From Somniosus microcephalus (taxonomy: Eukaryota), in NCBI GenBank assembly GCA_052327205.1, contig CM126208.1, forward strand, positions 36,270,001-36,334,000: a stretch of DNA of 64,000 bases, given 5' to 3'. Below the pieces are notes generated by a model. That model saw only the letters and a program-made list of their open reading frames with translations. It was not told where the DNA came from and did no database searches. Position 1 is the stretch's first letter, and the number at the start of each line of letters is the position of its first letter. The position numbers were made by a program, and so were the translations under genes. Below, piece after piece: positions 9,795-21,162 of this stretch.

Positions 9795-11522
9795 TCATGG
9801 CTTTGGGTTGGATGGGGCTGACGGGGTCAGAGCACCGGTAGTGGCTGCTACTCTCCCATGGCCAGTCAATAAGGACCTCATGGTGTCCAAAAATGACTCG
9901 ACCGCTGCGGGAGGGATTCCCGCCTCTGCCTTTTGGGCTGGGGCCGTGGAATTCATTCCCTTGTTGTCTTTCCAAGGGTTTTTGCACTCCTTCCGCCAAT
10001 GACCATCCTTCCTACACCCATAACAATTCGTCTCTGTGTTGGGGGGGTTATTCCCTTCCTGGTGCCACTCTTTCCTACCCGGTCCGGGTTTTACCTCATG
10101 CACCTTCCCCTTGGGTGGGTGTGCATCGGTTCCCCTACCGTTTTTATAGGCTAGAGTCAACTGTCTAATCACCGTAAGTTCTGTGGTCTGGGGGTTCTTG
10201 GGGTCGAACCAGACTTCTGCCTTGGCCCGGACCTGTGGCAAGCTGTTCGCCACCAGGCAACGGAGCCAATGGGCCAGTGGATCCCCGTTCAGGAACACCC
10301 GGTTCGGCGTCCCCGGACAGGCCCTCCGGTACACCGGCCATAACCGGTCCACGAAAGCCTGTGGGGTTTCCCCTGCGAGCTGGACCGTCTTCTCCACACG
10401 GGAGAAAGGACTTCCCTCATTCACCCCCATGATCTCTAGAACCGCATCCCTGAGCTCCTCATGCCCGCTCTGCCCCCTCTTACACTCGTCAGAGAGGGAT
10501 TGGAGGAGACTACTCTCCAGGGAGAATAGCAGCATTTTGGCCTCCTCAGCGTCATCGCAGTCATTGACGCCGGCTGCCTGCTCTATGTCCCTGAAGTGGA
10601 TCGAGGGGTCTCCCTTTTCGGAGAGCTTCGGGATATGTTTCACCATAGCCCTAAGCTGTTGGGTGCTATAGGGTAATACAAACTGGTTTTGGAGGGGTCC
10701 CTCATCATCGCCATTGACGGGTGGGCCAAACCCCTGATGCCGGGCTGGGCACATCGGTCCCGGCTCCGACCTCTCTGGCGGGGGTTGCTCCACCTCCGCT
10801 TCCACCTCTGGCTCCACCCCCCCTTGCTGCCAAACCTCGCTGAAACTTAGCGCTACGGGTGGTGGTCGTGAGACCTCCTGTCCCTCAACCGGGTCATCCC
10901 TGGGCACTACCGGTGATGTTTGAACTGTCCTCCCCTCGTTCCCCATAAAATCCGCCTGACCTGCCTTCGGGCTTATAAGGCATACCATGCCTTTTGCCTT
11001 CCTGAGGGCCCGGCTCAGATTTTCTATCCGCTCCTTGTAGGGGTCGTGGTCTGCCTCCTTAAACCCCTGTTCACTCGCTAGTTTATAAGCTGCCTTTACC
11101 TCCTGTACTTTCTCTTCCTGTTCCCTAACTTGCCTTGCCAAGCGAGCGTTCTTTTCCCGCAACCTTAACTCATTTACCTTGGCTTTGCTGACTTGGCACT
11201 GTAGGTATTCCAACTGGGCCTTGTGTTCTCCCACTAAATACAACCTCTCCTGATTCAGGGCCTGCAATGCTACTATTAACTTCTCCCCTGCTAGGGCCTT
11301 ATCCTGGATCTCCAGGGCTGACTCCTTTAACTCGGCTGCCTGTGCTGCAACGAGCCTGTCCAAAAGCTGGACCTGCTTTTTGAAACACATCAGCCAGACT
11401 GCCTTCTCTAAGGACTTCTTGTGTTCCTTTCCCTCTGTCCACTTAGCTGCTGCATCTACCAGACGCCCAGCCCTTAAGAGAGTGGTGATCCACTTCTTCG
11501 TGATATTCACCTTGCCAAACAC
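9795..11522 (-). CDS. gag: Gag-like protein with N-terminal coiled coil and one CCHC knuckle
   Basis: 575-aa ORF; heptad-rich N-terminal third; MHR-like QLAGETPQAFVDRL; CYGCRKDGHWRKEC; start codon uncertain. Confidence 0.85.
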   Translation of the reverse strand: MFGKVNITKKWITTLLRAGRLVDAAAKWTEGKEHKKSLEKAVWLMCFKKQVQLLDRLVAAQAAELKESALEIQDKALAGEKLIVALQALNQERLYLVGEHKAQLEYLQCQVSKAKVNELRLREKNARLARQVREQEEKVQEVKAAYKLASEQGFKEADHDPYKERIENLSRALRKAKGMVCLISPKAGQADFMGNEGRTVQTSPVVPRDDPVEGQEVSRPPPVALSFSEVWQQGGVEPEVEAEVEQPPPERSEPGPMCPARHQGFGPPVNGDDEGPLQNQFVLPYSTQQLRAMVKHIPKLSEKGDPSIHFRDIEQAAGVNDCDDAEEAKMLLFSLESSLLQSLSDECKRGQSGHEELRDAVLEIMGVNEGSPFSRVEKTVQLAGETPQAFVDRLWPVYRRACPGTPNRVFLNGDPLAHWLRCLVANSLPQVRAKAEVWFDPKNPQTTELTVIRQLTLAYKNGRGTDAHPPKGKVHEVKPGPGRKEWHQEGNNPPNTETNCYGCRKDGHWRKECKNPWKDNKGMNSTAPAQKAEAGIPPAAVESFLDTMRSLLTGHGRVAATTGALTPSAPSNPKP

Positions 11523-11595
11523 ATAATCAGAAATCCTTCCCTCATGGTTTGCTCATCCGAACCATTGTCTACTGTATCACAACCCTGTTGCCGGT

Positions 11596-11613
11596 GTCCT
11601 GCTGCGGTCGCCA
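11596..11613 (-). promoter_or_regulatory. Primer binding site, tRNA-Arg
   Basis: TGGCGACCGCAGCAGGAC, 17/18 complementary to the vertebrate tRNA-Arg(TCG) 3' end GUCCUGCCGCGGUCGCCA as recalled. Confidence 0.75.
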
Positions 11614-11618
11614 TTTTC

Positions 11619-12966
11619 TGTAGGGGGTGGCGTGTGCCCAGTCAGTTATGCCCCTGACTGCCTTTGAGCGGTTCGAGTCGCTCCCACACCCCTGGGTTCT
11701 CGACTCCGGACTTAGGTACAGGCGGCGATACAGAAAACGAGTAGACAAGTGGTTTGGTGTAAGAAAACCAAGATTTTATTAAAACAGAAATAAAAATTAC
11801 AAACACTGAAAAGTCACTATGTAGCTACATTTATCAAAAGAATATATTCAAATGGGAATGGGGAACACATGGCACATCGAGGGAACAACACACATTAATA
11901 AAATCCCTTAACCCTTATCCCACCTATAATACCTAACTAGATTAAGCTAAGAGGGGCCAGGAATTCATGCTCACCAAGTCAAAATCTGCTGAGTTATAAC
12001 GGTTGTGGGGTTTGGGGTTTGCTCTTTGTGCTCTCTGGGGCCTGCCGTCATCACGTGGTCTCAGGGCGCTGCAAGGGCGTTGTCCTGGTAAAGTACCCCG
12101 AGATTAAAGTCTTTGCTTGGGTACTTTACCTCGCAGGGATGATGGTTCTTCTTCTTCAGGTGGCAGCTGAACTTTGCATGAAGATAGTCATAGGTCAGCT
12201 GGATTGAAGGCCCGATTATTCGAAGAGTTCTTCAATCTTCTTCCAAATCATCTCGTCTTCATCTCATCTCATCTCATCTCGTCTCGTCTCATCTCGTCCG
12301 GCCTGGTCTGCCTGTGTTTGCCTGGCGCTGTGCCGGGCGTCCCTGATGGATTTGGGGAAGACACGGGCGGTGGCCAGGTAACAAGCGCAGGAGGAAGAGA
12401 GAGTGAGCAACGTGGCTACCAATGGGCCTATAATTATACGCCCGTTGAAAGCCCTTATCTGCGTGCCAAATCAGGTCAGTCTATTGTCCAACTTTTGGCG
12501 TGCTGTTTTAAATGATTATACCAATCTAAGTTAACTGGCTTTAGATGGCCGTTTATCGCACCTGATGGCCCCGATGTCCGGGTTGTATTGTCATTAATGC
12601 ATTTTAATCGGCCTGTCCAGCCTTGGTGGTTCCCTTGAGCTGTTTCCAATTATTTATGCAGACAAACTAATGGCCTTATGCTTAGGCCTAACTGGGCTGA
12701 TCTGTTTTGATCTGACGCAATGCATATTCAATGTTTGCCTAGCTGTCTGGCTTTTCAAACGCAAAGTCCGTTTCACAGAAATGCATTTTAAGTTTCAATT
12801 TCCCAAAGCTGCCTGCTTGTGCTGCAGAGTCCATGCTTTTAAAATCTTACAGGCTTTTGGTCACGAGGTGCGGACGCCATCTTTTGGGTACCCTTTTTAA
12901 ATTGTCCATACAGGGTCCCTTTTATTAATAACCTTGGGTTAATGTGGGAATTTTGAGAACCTTACA
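11619..12966 (-). repeat. 5' LTR (about 1.35 kb) of host element
   Basis: TGTAAG...CCTACA termini on minus strand, 5 nt from the PBS; AATAAA at 11780-11775; TATA-like 12438-12429; outer boundary inferred without the second LTR. Confidence 0.7.
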
Positions 12967-13399
12967 GACTATTCTGTATCTCCCCTACCTCCGCTGTACC
13001 AGCTGTCGCAGAGCCTTCAGCCCAGTAGCATAGGTAGGGAATGTTCAGCGTATTCAAACACAGCCTGAAATTTCTATGATTTGTTTTTTTTATTGGACCA
13101 CCCTTTATTTCGAAAGAACATGCCTTAGATCAATCACTTGATAAATTACGGAAACAATGAATGTTCTTCCAGAGCTGGTCAGTTCTGCAGTTCAATCAGT
13201 GAACAATGATCAGTTGGGCTTGTGCTTCTAAATGTTCACCAAGGTATTGCAGTGAGTAGTAGCAAAGTTATTGATAAACTCATGACACATAACCAGCGCC
13301 TGGACTTTGCGCGTTAGAGTTTTTGTCCGACATGACTGTTTTTCTTTTCACTTGATTTATCTGAATTGATAGATTAATGCAAATAATAATGTTTCTCTT

Positions 13400-13705
13400 T
13401 GACCAGGAGTGCGTTGGAATAGTCTAGTCTAGCAGTAACAAAGGCATGGATGAAGGTTTCAGCAGCAGATGAGCTGAGGCAGGGGCGGAATCGGGCGAAG
13501 TTATGGGGGGTGGAAATAGGCGGTCTTACTGACGGCGTGGCTATGTGGTCGGAAGCTCATCCCAGGGTCAGATATGTCACCAAGCTTGCGAACTTAGGGC
13601 CTAGGCAGCTGAAGGCACAGCCGCCAATGGTGGGGTGGTTAAAATCGGGGATGCGCAAGAGGCCAGAATTGGAGGAGCGCCGAGATCTCGGAGTCTTGTA
13701 GGAGG
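13400..13705 (-). mobile_element. L2-type LINE 3' fragments
   Basis: Reverse complement of L2 RT C-terminus (ccctgcctcagctcatctgctgctgaaaccttcatccatgcctttgttac) and tail. Confidence 0.6.
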
Positions 13706-14059
13706 TTACAGAAACCGCTTCTCCACACTTACCCGAGTGGGGGCGGGTGGCCAATATGCCCAATTTTGCGGAGGCCGGCTGCTGCTTCCCTCCTAATTCC
13801 CGCCTGATCTGGGCGGGAGGTGGACCAGCGGTGTGTTAATGATTCCTGCCGGTTATAACCACTCTGGCCTCATACTACACAGGCAGGCGGGAAACTAACT
13901 GAAACAGTTAAAAGCCCCCCCCCCTTAGTATATGTAGATGTATAAGTCCTAAACCAATTAAACTTTTAATTCTCCCTTAATTAAGCCTGGAGGCAACTAT
14001 ACATGTTCTTTTTGTCATCTGTTGTGAATTTTTTTCAAAGTCTGTAACAGGAAAATAAC

Positions 14060-16020
14060 TAAAGAAAAAGGGTGGGACTAACAAATCTAGAGCTCCCTGG
14101 TTGTCAAGGGACATACAAGTTAGGATAAAGAAAAAAAGGGAGGTTTATGACAGATACCGAGGGCTCAATACTGCAGAAACTCTAAAGGAGTATAGAAAGT
14201 GCAGGGGTGCAATTAAAAAGGAAATTAGGAAAGCAAAGAGAGTGCATGAAAAATTTTTGCCAAGTAAAATCAAGGAAAACCCAAAGATGTTTTATAAATA
14301 CATTAAGAGCAAGAGGATAACTAAAGAAAGAGTAGGGCCTATTAGAGACCATAAAGGTAATCTGTGTGTGGAGGCGGAAGACGTGGGTATGGTTCTTAAT
14401 GAATAGTTTGCATCTGTTTTCACAAAAGAGCGGGGCGATGCAGTCATTGCAATCAGGGAGGAGGAGTATGACATATTAAATGAAATAAACATAGTGAGAG
14501 AGGAAGTATTAAGGGGCTTAGCAGCTTTTGAAATGTATCCCAGGCTGTTAAGAGAAGCAAAGAAGCAAAAGAGGAAATAGCAGAGGCTCTGACCATCATT
14601 TTCCAATCCTCTCTGGCTACAGGTGTGGTGCCAGAGGACTGGAGGACTGCTAACTTTGTACCTTTGTTTAAAAAGGGAGAAAAAGATAGACCGAGTAATT
14701 ACAGGCCAGTCAGCCTAACCTCGGTGGTGGGAAAGTTATTGGAAAAAGTTCTGAGGGGCAGGAGAAATCTTCATTTAGAAAGACACGTGTCTGACTAACT
14801 TGATTGAATTGAGGAAGTAACAAGGAGGGTTGATGAGGGTAGTGCATTTGATGTAGTGTATATGGATTTTAGCAAGGCTTTTGATAAGGTCCCACATGGC
14901 AGACTGGTCATGAAGTGAAAGCCCATGGGATCTAGGGCAAAGTGGCAAGTTGGATCTAAAATTGGCTCAGAGGCAGGAAGCAAAGGGTAATGGTTGTTGG
15001 GTGTTTTTGTGACTGGAAGGCTGTTGCCAGTGGGGCCCCGCAGGGCTCAGTACTAGGTCCCTTGCTTTTTGTGGTATATATCAATGATTTAGACTTGAAT
15101 GTAGGGGGTATGATTAAGAGGTTTGCAGATAATACTAAAATCGTCTGTGTGGTTGATAATGAAGAAGAAAGCTGTAGACTGCAGGAAGATATCAATAAAT
15201 TGGTCAGGTGAGCAGAACAGTGGCAAATGGAATTCAATCCGGAGAAGTGTGAGATAATGCATTTGGGGAGGGCTAACAAGACAAGGGAATATACATTAAA
15301 TAGTAGGACACTGAGAAGTGTAGAGGAACAGAGGGACCTTGGAGTGCAGGTCCACAGATCCCTGAAGGTAGCAGGCCAAGTAGATAAGGTGGTTAAGAAG
15401 GCATACGGAATACTTGCCTTTATTAGCCGAGGCATAGAATACAAGAGCAGGGAGGTTATGCTTGAACTGTATAAACCACTAGTTAGGCCTCAGCTAGAGT
15501 ACTGCGTGCAGTTCTGGTCACCACATTACAGGAAAGATGTGATTGCACTAGAGAGGGTACAGAGGAGATTTACAAGGATGTTGCCTGGACTGGAGAATTT
15601 TAGCTATGAGGAAAGATTGGATAGGCTGGGTTTATTTTCTTTGGAACAGAGGAGGCTGAGGGGAGACCTTATTGAGGTGTATAAAATTATGAGGGGTCTA
15701 GATAGAGTGGATAGGAAGGACCTATTTCCCTGAGCAGAGGGGTCAACATACAGGGGGCATAGATTTAAAGTAATTGGTAGGAGGTTTAGAGGGGATTTGA
15801 GGGGAAATTTCGATGGGGGTCTGGAACTCACTGCCTGAAAGGGTGGTAGAGGCAGAAACCCTCACCACATTTAAAAAGTTCTTGGATGTGCCGTAACCTA
15901 CAGGACTATGGACCAAGAGCTGGAAAATGGGATTAGGCTGGATAGCTCTTTGTCTGCCGGCACGAACACGATGGGCCAAAATGGCCTCCTTCCGTGCTGT
16001 AAATGTCTATGTTTCTATGA
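14060..16020 (+). mobile_element. CR1 LINE, 5'-truncated, degraded
   Basis: Broken RT ORFs (PQGSVLGP, RPQLEYCVQFWSP, RRLRGDLIE); 3' end ctatgtttctatga. Confidence 0.92.
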
Positions 16021-16435
16021 TATCTGTCATGGTAACTTTGACCAAACAAAGAACAGGTTATTTGTGCACTGTTGGATTGGTTCGCTCTAGAACACAATAC
16101 AAATGATTTGGCTTCATGTGGGAAACACAGCATTTCTGGGCCTGAACAAAGAGACAGCATGATAAATGATCTGAATATTAAATTACCCCCTAATTTGCTA
16201 CTTATTATTGACAAGAAGAATAGCAGTAACTACAACTGAAACTATATTATAACTAGTATATCAAATTTCACATGCATCAGTGGAAAGTAATTCTTTTTGA
16301 GAAATTATATTTTGCTGGGTAAAATCAACAATTCTTCATTTTCTATGGTGAAGTGTTTACATTTATAACCAATATAGTACACCCACAAAACTGATCAGGT
16401 ACAAAATAGTTTGGATACATTAAGGATGAAATAAT

Positions 16436-17950
16436 GGCCCGTATTTTCTGATCGTAGGCTTCCTGCGTGCGGAGGCCTCCGATCTGGAAAAAATCTACGC
16501 CCTTACCTGAGGGCTCCGGAGGTCCGGACATTTCCGATCCTGGGTCTCTGCTGTACGAAATGCACAGGGCCCAGGTAGCCCAGGGGCGCATGTGGTTTGC
16601 AAGCGACTCTGGGATCACATGGGCTATGGGGAACCAGTGGAAGAAGGGAACCCCCCTTCATACTTTTGACAGGTCTCGCAGCTTAGACCCATTAAAAGTA
16701 TGAATGGGGATCACTCAAAAAACACATTAAAACATTAAATAATTTTTTTAAATCGCATTTTTAAAATTACATTAAATTCAATATTTTAACCAAAAATGTA
16801 ATTTTTTGAAAAAGAATTGGCCCGGATATCCCAATCCCTATGGGTGGGTATGCGCTGTGTACCCACCCTTTTGACATCGGAAATGCCGGTTTCAGGTATG
16901 CACAGTGCGTGCGCTGAAAACCGGCATTTCCAATCTGTCAAGAATGCTCTTGACAGATCGGACGCCTGCCCTGGAGAAGGGCCTCTGCGGGCGGATAGTT
17001 ACGCCTTCTGGAGCCCCTCCGCCCGCAGAAAACCCTTAGAAATCTTACGCCTGGTAAAAGCAGGCATAAGGCTTGCTTTTACCTGGATAAGAGTTGAAAA
17101 AAAGTAAAAAAAGACAATTTTCAGGCATTTATCATTTTAAAATACTTTTTAAAAAAGGTAAGTTTATTTTTAGCCCTGTAAATAACTTTAATTATTTTTT
17201 CAAAAAATTAAATTTTTGTTTAAAATATTTGTTTGAAATGTTTATTGTAATTTCAACTAATTTTAAAAATGTGATTTGTTTTTTTACATTTATTTAATGT
17301 TTTGAAGTGTTTTTGGGGTGATCTCCATTCATATATTTGACAGGTCTATCTGTCAAGTGTATGAAGGGAGATTCCCTTCTTTGATTGGCTCCCCAAGGCC
17401 CACATGATCCCAGGGATGCTTGCGACCCGCATGCGCCCCTGGGATACGTGGGCCCTGCGCACTTGGAGTTCGAGAGGCCCAGCATTAGAACTGTATGCAC
17501 CTCGGGAGCCCTCAGGTAAGTGCGTAGATATTTTCCAGATCGGAGGCTTCTGCACGCGGGAAGCCTCCGATCAGAAAATACGGCCCATTAAAGTTTTATA
17601 CAGGGCTAAAAATAAACTTTCCTTTTTTAAAAGTATTTTAAAATTATAAATGAATGAAAAAAAAAATATTTTTTAACTTTTTTAAACTCTTATGTTGGTA
17701 AAAGCAGGCCTTACGCCTGCTTTTACCAGGCGTAAGATTTTTAAGGGTTTTCAGTGGGCGGAGGTTCTACTCTCCACCCACAGAGGCCCTTCTCCAGGGC
17801 AGGTGGATGATCTGTCAAGAGGATTCTTGACAGATCGGAAGTGCCGATTTTCAGCGCATGTGCTTCGCATGCCTGAAACCGGCACTTGCGAGGTTCCTAC
17901 GTGTATGTACACAGCTCGTACACACCCGTATGGATCGGAAAATATGGGCC
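16436..17950. mobile_element. PIF/Harbinger-like MITE interrupted by an inverted copy of the same family
   Basis: GGCCCGTATTTT...AAAATATGGGCC TIRs; 3-bp TSD AAT. Confidence 0.8.
16819..17586. mobile_element. Inner MITE copy, opposite orientation
   Basis: GGCCCGGATAT...AAAATACGGCCC; TSD ATT at 16816-16818 and 17587-17589; homologous in reverse to both outer halves. Confidence 0.8.
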
Positions 17951-18324
17951 AATTTATCTTATTACATGTAGGCTAATAACTAACTAGACTGGAGCTAAAC
18001 TGATGATTTAGAATATATTTAAATGAGGCTTGATTGATGTAAAACATAGGGTAAAATGTGCAAGTCTCCACTTGCGACCTAGAGTGAAAGGCCGGTGTTC
18101 CAACCAGTGTTTAACCCAGCCCCCAAGCACATAATTACTTCAAAATCAACAATGTCTTTATTAAATGTCAACCATTAATTGACCATGCCAGAAAAAAAAT
18201 CAGCATTTTTAACAGTAAAAGACTGAAGAAAGTTGATTGATTCTTACCAAATTCTAGTTTTGTTTTATCAAATTCAAGATGTAAAACATCAAAATTCACA
18301 TCATTTGGTGATATTCACTCCCAT

Positions 18325-18452
18325 GGGAGTCAAGGGTTACAGAGAACAGGCAGAAAAGTGGAGTTGAGGCCAAGATCATATCAGCCATGATCTTATTGAA
18401 AGGCTCGAGGGGCCGAATGGCTGACTCCTGCTCCTGTTACTTATGTTCTTAT
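18325..18452 (+). repeat. CR1 3'-tail fragment
   Basis: agtggagttgaggccaagatc...gctcgaggggccgaatgg...ttatgttcttatg. Confidence 0.75.
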
Positions 18453-18704
18453 GCAATGGAGACAGATTAATAGCTAGGCAATGGTAACACAACAGGAATA
18501 AAATCAGAGATTAAAACAAATCTTTTTATATTCAAATTGATTCATCTTTAAATAATACATGTGAATGTCAATTATATGGTTAAAATACCTGAGATCAATT
18601 ATCTTCCAGTAAAGAATTTGGTACGTAACCTTTCTATTATAGTTATAGTTATAGTGATTCTAATTAGATAGCAACAATCACTAACAACATTTCCACTTAG
18701 TATT

Positions 18705-18710
18705 TATAAA
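18705..18710 (+). promoter_or_regulatory. TATA box of Ly6/uPAR gene
   Basis: TATAAAGG about 50 nt upstream of the ATG. Confidence 0.55.
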
Positions 18711-18757
18711 GGAGAATTATTTTTCCACATGAACACTTGCACAAACCGTGAGACAAG

Positions 18758-18809
18758 ATGAAGACTGTTTTATTCCTTCTGCTCGTGACTTACCTCTGTA
18801 CAAGTACAG
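18758..18809 (+). CDS. Ly6/uPAR three-finger protein, exon 1 (signal peptide)
   Basis: MKTVLFLLLVTYLCTST+G|gtaat; phase-1 junction fits exon 2; typical Ly6 layout. Confidence 0.75.
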
Positions 18810-19335
18810 GTAATATGTTTTTTACATAGTACTTTTCATGATACAGAAATTTTAAAATTAATATTTTGGTGCTTTACAAATGTATTTTTGGGAAGGTTGT
18901 GCTCTGGGTTAGGATATGAGGGACAGTTGTTCAAGTTTCTATTGATCTTCCAGGGCAGGAGATTGGGAGAATCTACCTGGAAATCCCAGGTGCTTGTTCC
19001 GGAGTGAAGTTTTAAATTAACTCAAGTTTCATTTTTTAATAGAGGTGGCGTGCCCTGTACAACAAAATATTTACTCACGACAAGTGTATTTTTCAGTAGA
19101 TCTACTCTGAGTGAACTAAGATGATTATGGATCCCTGTGTCACGTGCATATGTCACAATTAAATACCCATTAATGAAACATTTTGTGATTGAGACTGCCT
19201 CATCAGCCATCATTTAATCACATGTTGTCTGGTTTAATCCGTACCAATAACCACCTAAGTGATTATTTTTATTCTTAATCATCTTATGTTCATATTGAGG
19301 CCCACAGCTACATCAACATCTTCTTATATATTTTA

Positions 19336-19951
19336 TCTATATATAAAGCAGTTGGTTTGTCTGTCTGTCTGTCTGTGTGTATGTATGTCCACTATACACT
19401 CAAAAGTTATAGAGCGTACCTACACATATGTTATATCAAAAGAAAGGTTATGATCAGGGGAGTGTCATAGGCATATTTACTTTATGGTCAGACAAAAATT
19501 GTTCGGACGGTATACAAAAAACGTTCAAAAATCCGCTCATTAGTGGTTGACCAATCTTACCGCTCATTAGCGTTGAGTGACATGATGGTTGACCAATCCT
19601 ACAGTTCAGTGACCTGATGGTTGACCAATCGGTGCATCATGGGGGGTGTTTCATTCCGTGTGTGGGCGGGCCTAATCCTGCAGCCACCCGAAACGTCGCC
19701 GCCATTTTTTTCATACCGACAGCGACAGCACCAGCACAACAAACCCCCACATTGCGGCTCCGGCACAGTATCCCGCTCCCGGCCCGCCGGAGCGAGAGGT
19801 GAGTTGGGCTCACTCGGGCCGGGCCAGGCCTGACAACTGCTCGGCCCGAGACACAGAGCGGGGGAGTGGCAGCGGCCGGCCGTCAACCGCGCGGCCCTGC
19901 AAACTGCCGTTCTACAAAAAAGCCTAGGCAATGCCGGGCCCCCCCAGCTAG
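19336..19951 (+). mobile_element. Non-autonomous Helitron
   Basis: A|TCTATATATAAAG 5' end, (gtct)n, subterminal hairpin cctaggcaatgccggg, CTAG|T 3' end, no TSD. Confidence 0.75.
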
Positions 19952-20707
19952 TAAAATATTACACTGATTGATGTGTCATGTTACTTCAGTAAATAAATAA
20001 GTTCAGAGGACTGGATTGTGTTGTCTTTCAAGTCTGGGAACTGGCCTCAAACTCAGTTCAGTCTAAGGGGATGAAAATGGCTTTCTCTCCTGGTTATAAG
20101 AATCCTATTTGAAATAACTTTGGGCTGTCTCAGTTTAGTGGGTCACAGGACAAAAATGGATGTAAGCGGTATACTTTCCTCTGCTTCTGTTTTTAAACTG
20201 TAAAAAAATCTCCCCAGCTTTATACTTACATTTACTGTTTCACTAAAACTGATGAACAGAGAAAAATTGCTCTTAAATTGCCAAACTTGTTCAGTCAGGC
20301 CACAGGATGAAAGATGTGGGAAATAGAAAAATGTTACACTGGTATATCTTTTGAGTTTGGGGCTGAGGCACATTGCTTGGGTAAAGAGAGTCTTACTCTG
20401 CATATAACTATGCTATACCTGACCTGGAAGTGCTGGATGCCCAAAATGGAAAGTTTTCCATTCTCCAATATCCACCCCCTTGATAAGTAAAAACTTCACA
20501 AAAGGTCATTAAAAATATGGCCTAGAAATTCGCCTCAGACAGTGGCAAAAAACAGGCGGTTTCAGATTGGCTGCCCGTTATACGCAGCGCCTCATATTCA
20601 GTTCCATTGCAGTCTCTCCAAATGTTGTCCCTCCCAGTGACCATAGGCTGATGTGCCAGTTTCTTCCAGTCACCTCAGAGGCTTTCATTGATGGTTTTCA
20701 TTGATGT

Positions 20708-21162
20708 GTCAGCCAGTGGATCAGTGGGTAGCACCCTTGCCTCTGAGTCAGAAGGTTGTGGGTTCAAGTCCCACTCCAGTGACTTGAGCACAAAAATCTA
20801 GGCTGACACTCCAGTGCAGTGCTGAGGGAGTGCTGCACTGTCAGAGGTGCTGTCTTTCAAATGAGATGTTAAACCGAGACCCCGTCTGCTCTCTTAAGAT
20901 ACCACGGCACTATATTGAAGAAGAGCACGGGGAGTTATCCCCGGTGGCCTGGCCAATATTTATCCCTCAATCAACAGCACTAAAACAGATTATCTGGGTC
21001 ATTATCACATTGCTGTTTGTGGGAGCTTGCTGTGTGCAAATTGGCTGCCGTGTTTCCTACATTACAGCAGTGACTACAATTCAAAAAGTACCTCATTGGC
21101 TGTAAAGCTTTGGGCCGTCCGGTGGTCATGAAAGGCGCTATATAAATGCAAGTCCTTTTTTT
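20708..21162 (+). mobile_element. tRNA-derived Deu-domain SINE (SacSINE1-like), full length
   Basis: A/B boxes (ggatcagtggg, ggttcaagtcc), Deu core gatgagatgttaaaccgag...gaagaagagc, L2-type tail aaaggcgctatataaatgcaag. Confidence 0.8.

Larger units (their letters stand above)
1..12966 (-). mobile_element. Retrovirus-like LTR element (lokiretrovirus-like ERV or env-bearing Gypsy), decayed; 3' part beyond window start
   Basis: 5' LTR 12966-11619, PBS, then gag, pro, RT, tether RNase H, second RNase H, IN and an env-like start, in that order on the minus strand; several stops and frameshifts. Confidence 0.85.

Noticed and set aside
16436-17950. CRISPR-like or structured ncRNA array
   Set aside because: Eukaryotic context, no regular repeat-spacer period; explained by nested MITEs
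20708-20780. tRNA gene
   Set aside because: It is the tRNA-derived head of a SINE, continuing into the Deu domain
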